From contig JBEIPA010000016.1 in NCBI GenBank assembly GCA_040377305.1, positions 53,414 to 117,413 of the forward strand: a stretch of 64,000 nucleotides of DNA, in the 5' to 3' direction. Positions 19,729 through 28,338 of this stretch are shown here, one piece after another (the stretch's first letter is position 1; the number at the start of each line of letters is the position of its first letter). This DNA is from Flavobacteriales bacterium (GTDB taxonomy: Bacteria > Bacteroidota > Bacteroidia > Palsa-965). The notes under the pieces were generated by a model. The model made no database searches. It was not told the origin of the DNA and saw nothing but the letters and a program-made list of their open reading frames with translations. The translations under genes were made by a program, and so were the position numbers.

Positions 19729-19832
19729 TTGGTCAAGGTGGGGCCTATGGGTATGCCATCGCTAAAATACAACAAAATGACGTCGAACCAACAGGATTTA
19801 GCGCTGTATACCAACAGCGTTTTGTCAGCGAT

Positions 19833-20282
19833 TTATTCTGAATCGGATATCTCGATCTCGAAATAGCCACCAAAGTTGCATTCAGTTACATGGAGGTAGT
19901 ACTTTCCAGCTTTGAGGCCGGACAAATTCACGACAGGACGGTGCATCCTGGCTTTTAATATCTCCTTATTTTCCTGGGGGATCGTGGTTACGTCGTTATA
20001 GCCCAGCAACATGCGGGAATAATTCTTCTGATCGTACACGTAGAATTGAGATTCACGATTATCCTCCGGAAAGAGAATGAGTAGGCTGTCGTCCGGATAC
20101 TTTCGCTGCAACAGAATTCCCTGAATGCTATAACGGGAAGTATCCATAGTTTCGAGATAACTCCCTGGTACTTCAATCTTCTGCACACCACGTTGCCTGG
20201 TCGTGAGTTCTGAAATCACGAACCACGCGGTTACTGCGAGAACAGCAAAAGCCAATAAAAACGGGAAAGATTTTCGCAACAT
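19833..20282 (-). CDS. Hypothetical protein with N-terminal membrane anchor
   Basis: Clean ORF with a hydrophobic N-terminus; no recognised domain. Confidence 0.6.
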   Translation of the reverse strand: MLRKSFPFLLAFAVLAVTAWFVISELTTRQRGVQKIEVPGSYLETMDTSRYSIQGILLQRKYPDDSLLILFPEDNRESQFYVYDQKNYSRMLLGYNDVTTIPQENKEILKARMHRPVVNLSGLKAGKYYLHVTECNFGGYFEIEISDSE

Positions 20283-20308
20283 TCTGAGTTACGAATATAG
20301 GGGGATTC

Positions 20309-20418
20309 GGCATTAGGGCATGAGCATAATAGGGCATTTAGTAAATGGTAATTGATTGTGTGCATTCTGTGCTAATGCACCATTGCCCTAATGCCCCAAT
20401 GCCTAATGCCCCAATGCC
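20309..20418. repeat. Inverted microsatellite (GGCATTAG / CTAATGCC units) between divergent genes
   Basis: GGCATTAGGGCA (20309-20320) is the exact reverse complement of TGCCCTAATGCC (20384-20395); further degenerate units on both arms. Confidence 0.75.
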
Positions 20419-20475
20419 AAACTTCCCTTTTCCCGAAATGAACTATATTTGGGGTTGAGCAGACACAAACCCCTT

Positions 20476-22992
20476 ATGATGAGAAAATTTACCCTGAGCC
20501 TGGCATTGCTGACGATTACAGTTGTTTCAGGTTTTTCCCAAATCAATATTCAATGGGCTTCGCGCTATACTTCTGCGGGGAGCAATATTGATCGCGCTGT
20601 TGATCTTGCGCGCGACTTATCGGGAAACGTGATTGTAACAGGCACGAGTTGGAATGGAACCGACTTTGATGTTGTAACAGTGAAATACGATCCGGCCGGA
20701 AACGAATTGTGGAACCGTTCTTTCAATGGAGCTGGGGCCGGATTCGATGAAGCACGCGCAATTTACGCAGATGCTGCCGGGAATGTTTACGTTACTGGAT
20801 TTACTGAAGGTGCTTCGTCTAATTACAACGTTATTACAATCATGTATGACGCTGCGGGTACTCAACAGTGGGCTACGTCATTCAATGGAACAGCAAACGG
20901 CTTTGATGAAGGTTACGATGTAATGGCCGATGGTTCCGGTAACGTCTACGTGACTGGCGGAACAACTACGACCACTTCGAATAACAACTATGTTACCGTT
21001 AAGTATAACTCATCGGGAGTTCAGCAGTGGGCAACTATTTACAGCAATAGCAATACGACTAACGTTGAGTGTGCGTATGCAATGGACATGGATGCAGCAG
21101 GAAACGTCTATGTTACCGGTGCTAGTTACGGTGGCGCGGCGGTCGATTGCGATGTTGCAACGTTGATGTACAACAACGCAGGTGTTCAGCAATGGGTTCG
21201 TCGTTATAATGGTCCCGGAACACGTTTCGATGCTGGACAAGATATTGCGGTTAACGCAGCTGGTGAAGTATTTGTTTGTGGATACGCACGTGGCGCTGTT
21301 GGAATTACGAATTACGACGGACTTGTGATTAAGTATGATGCCACAGCTACTCAAGTTTGGGTTCAAACCTATAACGGTACAGGAAACGATTACGACCGTT
21401 TCAATCGTTTGCTGTTGTTATCCAATGGAAATATAATGGTTACAGGACGTTCTGTTGGTACAATTACTACTGCAGAAGATCTGATTCTGTCTAACTACAA
21501 CGGAACTTCGGGAACATTAATCTGGCAGCGCATCTACGATGGTGGATTTACGCAGTATGATGAAGGAAAAGATTTAACGGCAGACATGAACGGAGACGTT
21601 TACGTTACCGGCTATTCCTATAATACCGGATCGAACAATAACTATATCACGTTTAAGTACGACACTCTTGGTAACATGATCTGGAATGTGAAGTACAACG
21701 GTCCCGCAAGCAATTCAGATCAGGCTTACAGCATGACGGTAGATAACATCGGAAATATTTATCTGACAGGTTTGAGCAAAGGTGCCGGAACCAACGACGA
21801 TTACAATACAATAAAATATTGTCAGCTCACCACAACTACGAATGGTGATACCACCATTTGTTTGGGAGATGATGTTCAACTCGGCGCATCGAGTTCTTTC
21901 GCTGGAATTGACACGATTGTGTATTCTCCAACGACATATCTCGACTTAACCGATCCATTGAATCCTATTGCAACGCCTGCGATAACTACAACGTATGTAG
22001 TTGCGCTGACTAATACTTTTGGTTGCACAGATTACGATACGGTAACCATTAACGTTGTTCCCCTCCCAGGTCCGCAGATTCAATCCAGTGGTCCGCTTGG
22101 ATTCTGTCAGGGTGATTCTGTAACACTCACGGCAGTTGATACTACCAATGGTGGAGCATCATTCGTTTGGAATACAACAGACACCACTGCGAGCATCACC
22201 GTTTCTACTGCGGGCGTGTATTCTGTAATCATCACGGATACGAATACCTGTCAGAGTCAAAGTCAGGTTACTGTTGCCGTGTACGGATTGCCGAACATCA
22301 TAGCTGGAAACGATACTGGATTCTGTCAGAGTTCGAGTATCACTATTTGCGCAACGGGCGGTACAAATTACGCGTGGTCACCAAGTTTTGGAGTAAGTGA
22401 CACTACACTTGCTTGTCCAACTTTCGGTCCTACATCAACGCAAACTTATGTTGTTACCGGTACCGACGTTAATGGTTGTGCGAATGTTGATTCTGTAATC
22501 TTGTCGCTCTTCCCGCTTCCATCTGTGCCCGTTATTTCTCAGAACGTGCAGGTACTGACATCCACTTCTGCTGCAACTTACCAATGGTATTTTAACAGCA
22601 ATCCTATTCCGGGAGCAACAAGTCAGAGCTACACGCCCACGGCAAACGGGACGTACTATGTGATCATTACAGATACAAACGGTTGCTCGGCATTCTCATC
22701 TACATATTCGATGGCCGACGTTGGTATGAATGAAATTGTTCTTGATGGAGGATTGTCTATGTATCCGAATCCGAACAGCGGCACATTCTACATTGTAACA
22801 GATCTGAATGACCAGGCCGCATCACTTGAAATGATTTCCATCACCGGACAGGTTGTTTACAACGAACAATTGGAAGCGGACGGATTCATTCGTAAAGAAA
22901 TGAATGCAGGCGTTGAAGACGGATCGTATATCGTTCGCATAACACTGAACGATGGTACTGTGAAGCTTGGACGCGTAGTGATTTCCCACTAA
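20476..22992 (+). CDS. SBBP-repeat beta-propeller protein with Ig-like stalk and T9SS type-A CTD
   Basis: Repeated D..GNVYVTG...KY...G.QQW units; MYPNPNSG CTD; promoter box TATATTTG at 20444-20451. Confidence 0.88.
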   Translation: MMRKFTLSLALLTITVVSGFSQINIQWASRYTSAGSNIDRAVDLARDLSGNVIVTGTSWNGTDFDVVTVKYDPAGNELWNRSFNGAGAGFDEARAIYADAAGNVYVTGFTEGASSNYNVITIMYDAAGTQQWATSFNGTANGFDEGYDVMADGSGNVYVTGGTTTTTSNNNYVTVKYNSSGVQQWATIYSNSNTTNVECAYAMDMDAAGNVYVTGASYGGAAVDCDVATLMYNNAGVQQWVRRYNGPGTRFDAGQDIAVNAAGEVFVCGYARGAVGITNYDGLVIKYDATATQVWVQTYNGTGNDYDRFNRLLLLSNGNIMVTGRSVGTITTAEDLILSNYNGTSGTLIWQRIYDGGFTQYDEGKDLTADMNGDVYVTGYSYNTGSNNNYITFKYDTLGNMIWNVKYNGPASNSDQAYSMTVDNIGNIYLTGLSKGAGTNDDYNTIKYCQLTTTTNGDTTICLGDDVQLGASSSFAGIDTIVYSPTTYLDLTDPLNPIATPAITTTYVVALTNTFGCTDYDTVTINVVPLPGPQIQSSGPLGFCQGDSVTLTAVDTTNGGASFVWNTTDTTASITVSTAGVYSVIITDTNTCQSQSQVTVAVYGLPNIIAGNDTGFCQSSSITICATGGTNYAWSPSFGVSDTTLACPTFGPTSTQTYVVTGTDVNGCANVDSVILSLFPLPSVPVISQNVQVLTSTSAATYQWYFNSNPIPGATSQSYTPTANGTYYVIITDTNGCSAFSSTYSMADVGMNEIVLDGGLSMYPNPNSGTFYIVTDLNDQAASLEMISITGQVVYNEQLEADGFIRKEMNAGVEDGSYIVRITLNDGTVKLGRVVISH

Positions 22993-23000
22993 ATCTTTTT

Positions 23001-23744
23001 ATGTCCATACTTGGGGTTATTCCGGCACGATTTGCATCTACACGATTTCCGGGTAAGCCACTCACTGTGATTAATGGGAAAACCATGATTCGCCGTGTGT
23101 ATGAACAGTCTGCTGCTTCGAAAAAGCTCTCGAAAGTTGTTGTTGCAACAGATGATGAACGCATCTTCAGTGAAGTGAAATCTTTCGGCGGAGAAGTTGT
23201 GATGACTTCTGATCAGCACCGAAGCGGGACCGATCGCTGCGCAGAAACAGTCTCGGTTGTTTCCGGCGATTGGAGTGCTGTCATCAACATTCAGGGTGAT
23301 GAGCCATTCATTCAACCCGAACAAATAGATTTACTCGCCGGCTTATTTGCGGATTCAGAAGTGAAGATCGGCACACTCGTAAAGAAGCTCACTGATCCGG
23401 CTGATCTCGACAATCCGAACACGATGAAGGTTGTGCTCAACACAAAAGGAAACGGAATGTATTTCAGTCGTTCGTGTATTCCGTTTGTGCGCGGTTTCGA
23501 TAAAGCGGATTGGCTGAAGGCGAATTTCTTTTACAAACACATCGGCATTTACGGCTATCGCACAGAAACGCTGATGGAAATCACAAAGCTTTCTCCCGGC
23601 AAATTGGAAGTTGCAGAATCGCTTGAACAGTTGCGTTGGCTGGAGAACGGATACTCCATTCGTACTGCATTCACAGAATTTGAAACGATTTCTATCGACG
23701 TTCCATCCGATCTCGATAAGCTCAAAGCAGCAGGACTAATGTAA
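23001..23744 (+). CDS. kdsB: 3-deoxy-manno-octulosonate cytidylyltransferase
   Basis: IPARFASTRFPGKPL, SGTDR, NIQGDEP, HIGIYGY, ESLEQLRWLENG. Confidence 0.97.
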   Translation: MSILGVIPARFASTRFPGKPLTVINGKTMIRRVYEQSAASKKLSKVVVATDDERIFSEVKSFGGEVVMTSDQHRSGTDRCAETVSVVSGDWSAVINIQGDEPFIQPEQIDLLAGLFADSEVKIGTLVKKLTDPADLDNPNTMKVVLNTKGNGMYFSRSCIPFVRGFDKADWLKANFFYKHIGIYGYRTETLMEITKLSPGKLEVAESLEQLRWLENGYSIRTAFTEFETISIDVPSDLDKLKAAGLM

Positions 23745-23768
23745 GTCGGCGGCACCAAACTTCACCTT

Positions 23769-24014
23769 ATGTTTATTGATCGCCTTTTCACGAAAAACCC
23801 TTCGGTTAAACGTCACATTGCCAAAACGATTACGTGGAGAATAGTTGGAACAATAGACACGATGATCATAGGCTGGCTCATCACCGGTGATCCATTGACT
23901 GGTGTGAAAATCGGTGGTGTTGAAGTGTTAACCAAAATGTTTTTGTACTTCATGCACGAGCGCGTCTGGTTCAAGGTTAATTACGGCCTTCCTCATCGCG
24001 AGAAAACACAGTAA
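23769..24014 (+). CDS. DUF2061 domain membrane protein
   Basis: RHIAKTITWRIVGTIDT...KMFLYFMHERVW. Confidence 0.88.
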   Translation: MFIDRLFTKNPSVKRHIAKTITWRIVGTIDTMIIGWLITGDPLTGVKIGGVEVLTKMFLYFMHERVWFKVNYGLPHREKTQ

Positions 24015-24055
24015 GCGAAAAGTGAAGAAAACGTACCTTAGCGTGCACATTCTGT

Positions 24056-25408
24056 ATGGCTAAACGTATTATAATAGTTGGCGGAGGTTTATCGGGCACG
24101 TTGCTAGCGTTACAACTTGCCGGAAACAAAGATGCCGAGATCATTATGCTGGAGAAAAATCCGCAGATGCTCGGACGAGGAATTGCCTATCACTACGACT
24201 TTACGCATCAACCACTCAACGTTCCTGCAGTTGGAATGAGTTTGTATCCGGATAAGATGGATCACTTTGTAGAGTGGCTGAATCAAAATAGTTTTCGCTA
24301 CAATCACCTCTTACCAACTGTTTCGCCAAAAACATTTGTACCGCGAAAAATATTCGGCGATTACATCGTTGAACATTTGAATCGTGCACATCATGAACAT
24401 GCCGGATCTTTTCAGATACGCATTGATGAAGTGTTGTCGATCAAACGCAATGGCGCAAAACTCGAGGCCACTCTGGAGTCAGGAATAACGCTTGAAGCAG
24501 ATCACATTGTTCTTGCACTCGGAAATTTTCCTCCGGGAGATTTATTTCCTGATAATCCTGATGTACTCAAAGCACAAGGCTATTTCCCGAATCCATGGAC
24601 GGATCGCGTTTACTCGCATCTCGATGGCAACGAAAATATTTTACTCGTTGGAACCGGGCTCACTGCAGTTGATGTTGTGCTCGGACTGAAGACCAGAAAT
24701 TTCAAAGGGAAAATTACCATGCTTTCGCGCAGAGGAAAACTTCCGTTGCCTCACGATCTTTCTCAGCCTGCCGTTGAAATTGCAGATCCCGGATACTTGT
24801 CGCCACGCGATGCATTCCGTTGGGTAACGAATGAAATACGCAAACGCAGAAACATTCCGTGGACTTCTGTGATGGATGGAATTCGTCCGCACACACAAAA
24901 CGTATGGAAGCGGTGGAGCTGGGACGAGAAAAAATATTTCATGCGTCGTCTTCGCCCGATTTGGGAAGTGGTGCGTCACCGTATTCCTGCGCAATCGTCG
25001 ACCATTCTCAACGACATGGTTGCTGCCGGACAACTTCACATCGGCAAAGCGAAAATTAATTCGGCGAAACTGCATGCGAATGGCATTGAAGTTTTCTGGA
25101 GCGACGACAACGGCAATCACACCGGTGTTTACCAGAAAGTGATCAATTGCACCGGACCAGAATCGAATTATCGAAAAGTAAAATTGCCTGTGCTCGCGAA
25201 TCTTGTTGAGCAGGGATTGCTTGTGAATGATCCGCTCGGCCTTGGAATACTCTGCACCGAAGACGGAAAAATTCTGGACAAGAACAACGAAGCGGTTACC
25301 GGATTGTGGTGCATGGGTCCAATGCGAAAAGCTGTATTGTGGGAAACAACCGCGATCAGGGAGTTGAGACTGCAGGCGAAGGAGCTGGCAGGATTGGTGA
25401 CTATGTGA
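24056..25408 (+). CDS. FAD/NAD(P)-binding oxidoreductase (NAD_binding_9 family)
   Basis: IIIVGGGLSG, GRGIAY, LNVPA..MS, GTGLTAVD, RHRIP, VINCTG, WETTAI.ELR. Confidence 0.88.
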   Translation: MAKRIIIVGGGLSGTLLALQLAGNKDAEIIMLEKNPQMLGRGIAYHYDFTHQPLNVPAVGMSLYPDKMDHFVEWLNQNSFRYNHLLPTVSPKTFVPRKIFGDYIVEHLNRAHHEHAGSFQIRIDEVLSIKRNGAKLEATLESGITLEADHIVLALGNFPPGDLFPDNPDVLKAQGYFPNPWTDRVYSHLDGNENILLVGTGLTAVDVVLGLKTRNFKGKITMLSRRGKLPLPHDLSQPAVEIADPGYLSPRDAFRWVTNEIRKRRNIPWTSVMDGIRPHTQNVWKRWSWDEKKYFMRRLRPIWEVVRHRIPAQSSTILNDMVAAGQLHIGKAKINSAKLHANGIEVFWSDDNGNHTGVYQKVINCTGPESNYRKVKLPVLANLVEQGLLVNDPLGLGILCTEDGKILDKNNEAVTGLWCMGPMRKAVLWETTAIRELRLQAKELAGLVTM

Positions 25409-25527
25409 TTCCGAACTATTTCCCATGTGGTGCTTACCATGCGTTATATGGTGAGTTTCAGCACAATTCGATTATGCTGAATACTCCAAAACCCCTGATT
25501 TTTCCGTATTTTTGGAGACTATTCCCG

Positions 25528-26607
25528 ATGGAAAAGTTCGCCCGCACAACACATTACATTTCAGAACTACTGTTCACTCACGATTGCGTGATTGTTCCGT
25601 CGTTCGGTGGATTTGTGTGTACGTATGCGCCGGCGAAAGTTCATCCTGCACAGCATCTTTTCACACCACCTTCTAAAAGTGTTTTCTTCAACAAGCATTT
25701 GCAGAACAATGACGGTTTGCTCGTTAACGCGATTGCAACTGCTGTGCCTTGCTCGTTTGAAGAAGCCCTGAAAGATGTGAATGCATTTGTGGCATCGGTG
25801 CAACAAGAAATCAAACAAGGTCGCAAAGTCGATTTGCCGCATTTGGGAACACTCGTTGTTGATCCCGAAGGAAATGTTTCTTTCGAGAGCGCACCAGATG
25901 TGAACTTCCTGGTGGAATCATTCGGACTTTCTTCCTTCCAGAGCATGCCAGTACTACGCGAAGGTGTAGTAGAGAAAGCGGTAGTGAAAGAAGCCGTAAT
26001 CCGCGACATCAACGAAGGCAAAGAAGAAAAAGTAATTCCTACTCCGGGCTTCCGTGTCTGGAGAGCTGCGGCAATCATGGCTCTGCCGTTGATTGCATTC
26101 GGAGCCATGTTCATGCTTAATTCAAATTTCCGTGGAGCTACAATGGCTACGCTTGGAATTTCTTCAGGCGAACCTGCACTCTATTCTCCTGAAACGTATT
26201 TCAGGAAAGACGATATTTCTCAGAAGCAGAATGTGAAGCCTGATGCTAACGGAAACTATGTTTTATCACTGGACAGTACGAGTCCGGGAATGATGGTGAG
26301 CATTTATAAAGTTGCGCGTGAAACGACCGACGTTGAATTGAACATTCGCAAGGATGTTGCAACTGTTGTTCCGGTTGATGCTTCGAAATACTACATCATT
26401 GCAGGTGCATTCGGTGTTCCGCAAAACGCAGAGAACTATCGCAAGGCACTTATCGCAAAAGGTTATAAGCCGGTGGTTCTCGACAACGTTCGTTCGAAGC
26501 TCACACACATTGCACTCTCGGGATTCAACTCGAAAGAAGAAGCGGCTGCGTTTCTTACTACCATCAAAGGCGATTTGCCGGATGCGTGGATACTCAAACA
26601 AAAATAA
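25528..26607 (+). CDS. HU-like (HU-CCDC81 bacterial type) plus transmembrane plus SPOR domain protein
   Basis: ELLFTHDCVIVPSFGGF...FTPP...FN..L.NNDGLL, single TM (AAAIMALPLIAFG), C-terminal YYIIAGAF SPOR; start moved to ATG 25528. Confidence 0.85.
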   Translation: MEKFARTTHYISELLFTHDCVIVPSFGGFVCTYAPAKVHPAQHLFTPPSKSVFFNKHLQNNDGLLVNAIATAVPCSFEEALKDVNAFVASVQQEIKQGRKVDLPHLGTLVVDPEGNVSFESAPDVNFLVESFGLSSFQSMPVLREGVVEKAVVKEAVIRDINEGKEEKVIPTPGFRVWRAAAIMALPLIAFGAMFMLNSNFRGATMATLGISSGEPALYSPETYFRKDDISQKQNVKPDANGNYVLSLDSTSPGMMVSIYKVARETTDVELNIRKDVATVVPVDASKYYIIAGAFGVPQNAENYRKALIAKGYKPVVLDNVRSKLTHIALSGFNSKEEAAAFLTTIKGDLPDAWILKQK

Positions 26608-26639
26608 TGTGTTAATGGGTTAATGTGCTAATGTGCTAA
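26605..26639. repeat. Octamer tandem repeat (TAATGTGY x4)
   Basis: TAATGTGT TAATGGGT TAATGTGC TAATGTGC TAA. Confidence 0.7.
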
Positions 26640-26724
26640 AATATTTAGCTGGCATTGCGCATCCACTTTTCCACTTGTCAACCTTCGGCTCCTCCGCCGC
26701 GACGGACAGTCTGACAATTAGCCA

Positions 26725-27108
26725 CTAACCGGCATTCTTCATCCACTGCTCTACCCTACGAACGAGAAATTCCATTCGGACAGGTTTTGTGAGGTATGCA
26801 TCGGCGTCCATTTTGAAACCGAGATCCTTTGCGTAAGATTGGTTGAGTGCAGAGAGGAATACAATTTGTGTTTTCTCAAAGAGCGGATTCTCGCGCAATT
26901 TCATGCAGGTTTCGTAACCGTTTAATCCCGGCATGAGAATGTCGAGCAGAATTAAATCAGGTTCGAATTTCACAGCAAGTTCGTAACCGGAAATTCCATC
27001 TGCAGCCGAAACAACGATGTAACCACGTTTAGCGAGATTGTACGATACAAATTCGCGGATATCCGGTTCGTCGTCGACAATAAGAATGCGTTTTCCGGGT
27101 AAGTTCAT
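26725..27108 (-). CDS. Stand-alone response regulator receiver domain
   Basis: ILIVDDEPDI, LILLDILMPGLNG (phospho-Asp), FLSA, YLTKP; no output domain. Confidence 0.92.
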   Translation of the reverse strand: MNLPGKRILIVDDEPDIREFVSYNLAKRGYIVVSAADGISGYELAVKFEPDLILLDILMPGLNGYETCMKLRENPLFEKTQIVFLSALNQSYAKDLGFKMDADAYLTKPVRMEFLVRRVEQWMKNAG

Positions 27109-27143
27109 GAGCTACGTTTTGATTACAAACGTAAGACCTCTGC

Positions 27144-27181
27144 GCTACCCGAAAATTAAGGGCGCGTTACCGAACCGTTAT
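27144..27181 (-). promoter_or_regulatory. Four 11-bp-phased pentamer repeats (OmpR/PhoB-type box candidate)
   Basis: GCTAC 27144, ATTAA 27155, GTTAC 27166, GTTAT 27177, just upstream of the -7 box (CAAACGTA, 27126-27133). Confidence 0.45.
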
Positions 27182-27202
27182 ACTAAAAAGCTAAAGTCAG
27201 AA

Positions 27203-27234
27203 GGATGATAGGATGATAGGATGATAGGATGATA
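27203..27234. repeat. Perfect octamer tandem repeat (GGATGATA)x4
   Basis: Read directly; a degenerate complementary arm follows (ATCATCTGATCCGTATCC). Confidence 0.9.
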
Positions 27235-27290
27235 GAAAAAGTAATCGAATCATCTGATCCGTATCCAAATATCGGCACTAAAGCGAAAAC

Positions 27291-27866
27291 TTAAGGAATT
27301 GGCGGCGGAGAAGGCGGTGCTGGTGGCACGTCAGCCTTGTTCTCCCGATTCTTTTTGTAGATCACTGTTGCGATATACAACGACACGCCGAGGAAAATAA
27401 GAATGATACCGCCCCAGATCCAACCGGAAGTTGGTTTCACCACAATGAGCAATACAATCACAAACAGAAGTATTGTAGCCACTTCATTCCACAACCGTAG
27501 TGCGAATGATTGCCACGGAAAAATGTTCTTCTGTTGCTTCTGAAACAACATTTGGGTTTGAAAGTGATACAACATTAGTCCAAACACGAAGCACAGTTTC
27601 AGAATCATCCACGGTTGTTGTATGAAATATGCGAAGTTGTCGAACAGTAACCAGCTGCCGAAAATGAACGTGAGGATCATCGCCGGCCAGCTTATGCCGT
27701 ACCAGAGACGACGCTGCATGATTTTGAATTGCGACGACAGAATAGTCCGCTCCGTTTCGCTCTTAATCTGCGCTTCTACATGGTAAATGAGCAAACGCGG
27801 CATATAAAACAGCGCTGCGAACCAGGCAACCATGAAGATAATGTGGAGAGATTTTACGTAGAGCAT
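27291..27866 (-). CDS. hemJ: Protoporphyrinogen IX oxidase (HemJ/CopD family)
   Basis: KSLHIIFMVAWFAALFYMPRL, RRLWYGI.WP, W..LKL, LRLWNEVAT. Confidence 0.92.
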   Translation of the reverse strand: MLYVKSLHIIFMVAWFAALFYMPRLLIYHVEAQIKSETERTILSSQFKIMQRRLWYGISWPAMILTFIFGSWLLFDNFAYFIQQPWMILKLCFVFGLMLYHFQTQMLFQKQQKNIFPWQSFALRLWNEVATILLFVIVLLIVVKPTSGWIWGGIILIFLGVSLYIATVIYKKNRENKADVPPAPPSPPPIP

Positions 27867-27886
27867 CTGTGCGAAGGTACGAAAAC

Positions 27887-27964
27887 AGTAGCAGCGGCAG
27901 TCGCAGTAGCAGTCAGTAAACAGTTCACTTCCAACTGACTGCTACTGCTACTGCTACTGCTACT
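27887..27964. repeat. Inverted hexamer microsatellite (CAGTAG/CTACTG) hairpin between divergent hemJ and rbfA
   Basis: 31-bp arms 27887-27917 and 27934-27964, 28/31 complementary. Confidence 0.88.
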
Positions 27965-27988
27965 AATTCGCTAACTTTGTGTCCACAA

Positions 27989-28327
27989 ATGGACTCTACC
28001 CGTCAACAAAAATTCTCCCGCCTCATTCAGAAGGAACTTGGGGAAATATTCCTGCTGGAAACAAAAGGGAAATTCGGCAACATCATGATTACCGTGACTG
28101 AAACGCGCGTGAGTCCTGATCTGGGTATGGCCAAAGTTTACGTGAGTCTTTTTCCTGTGAAGGATAAGGAGCAGGTCCTTACGTTAATCAAGAAGAATAC
28201 ATCTGAAATTCGCGGCTTGCTTGGGAAACGCATTCGTCATCAGGCACGGGTAATTCCTGAACTCGTGTTCTACATTGACGATTCACTTGATTACGCTGAG
28301 CGTATCAATGAGTTGCTGAAAAAATAA
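27989..28327 (+). CDS. rbfA: 30S ribosome-binding factor A
   Basis: MDSTRQQK..RLIQKEL, ITVTETRVSPDL..AKVYVS, IPELVFYIDDSLDY. Confidence 0.96.
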   Translation: MDSTRQQKFSRLIQKELGEIFLLETKGKFGNIMITVTETRVSPDLGMAKVYVSLFPVKDKEQVLTLIKKNTSEIRGLLGKRIRHQARVIPELVFYIDDSLDYAERINELLKK

Positions 28328-28338
28328 TTGTTGTTGCA

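Noticed and set aside
19787-19817. ACCAACAG direct repeat (23-bp spacing) upstream of the PKD-porP-porE operon
   Set aside because: Two 8-mers could be chance; there is no supporting third copy or conservation evidence
24641-25426. Long antisense ORFs (261 aa here; also 3906-4541, 39238-39720, 63080-63724)
   Set aside because: Shadow frames of well-supported genes on the opposite strand, without recognisable motifs
25306-25527. Extended N-terminus of the SPOR protein
   Set aside because: Overlaps the upstream oxidoreductase; family similarity begins after ATG 25528
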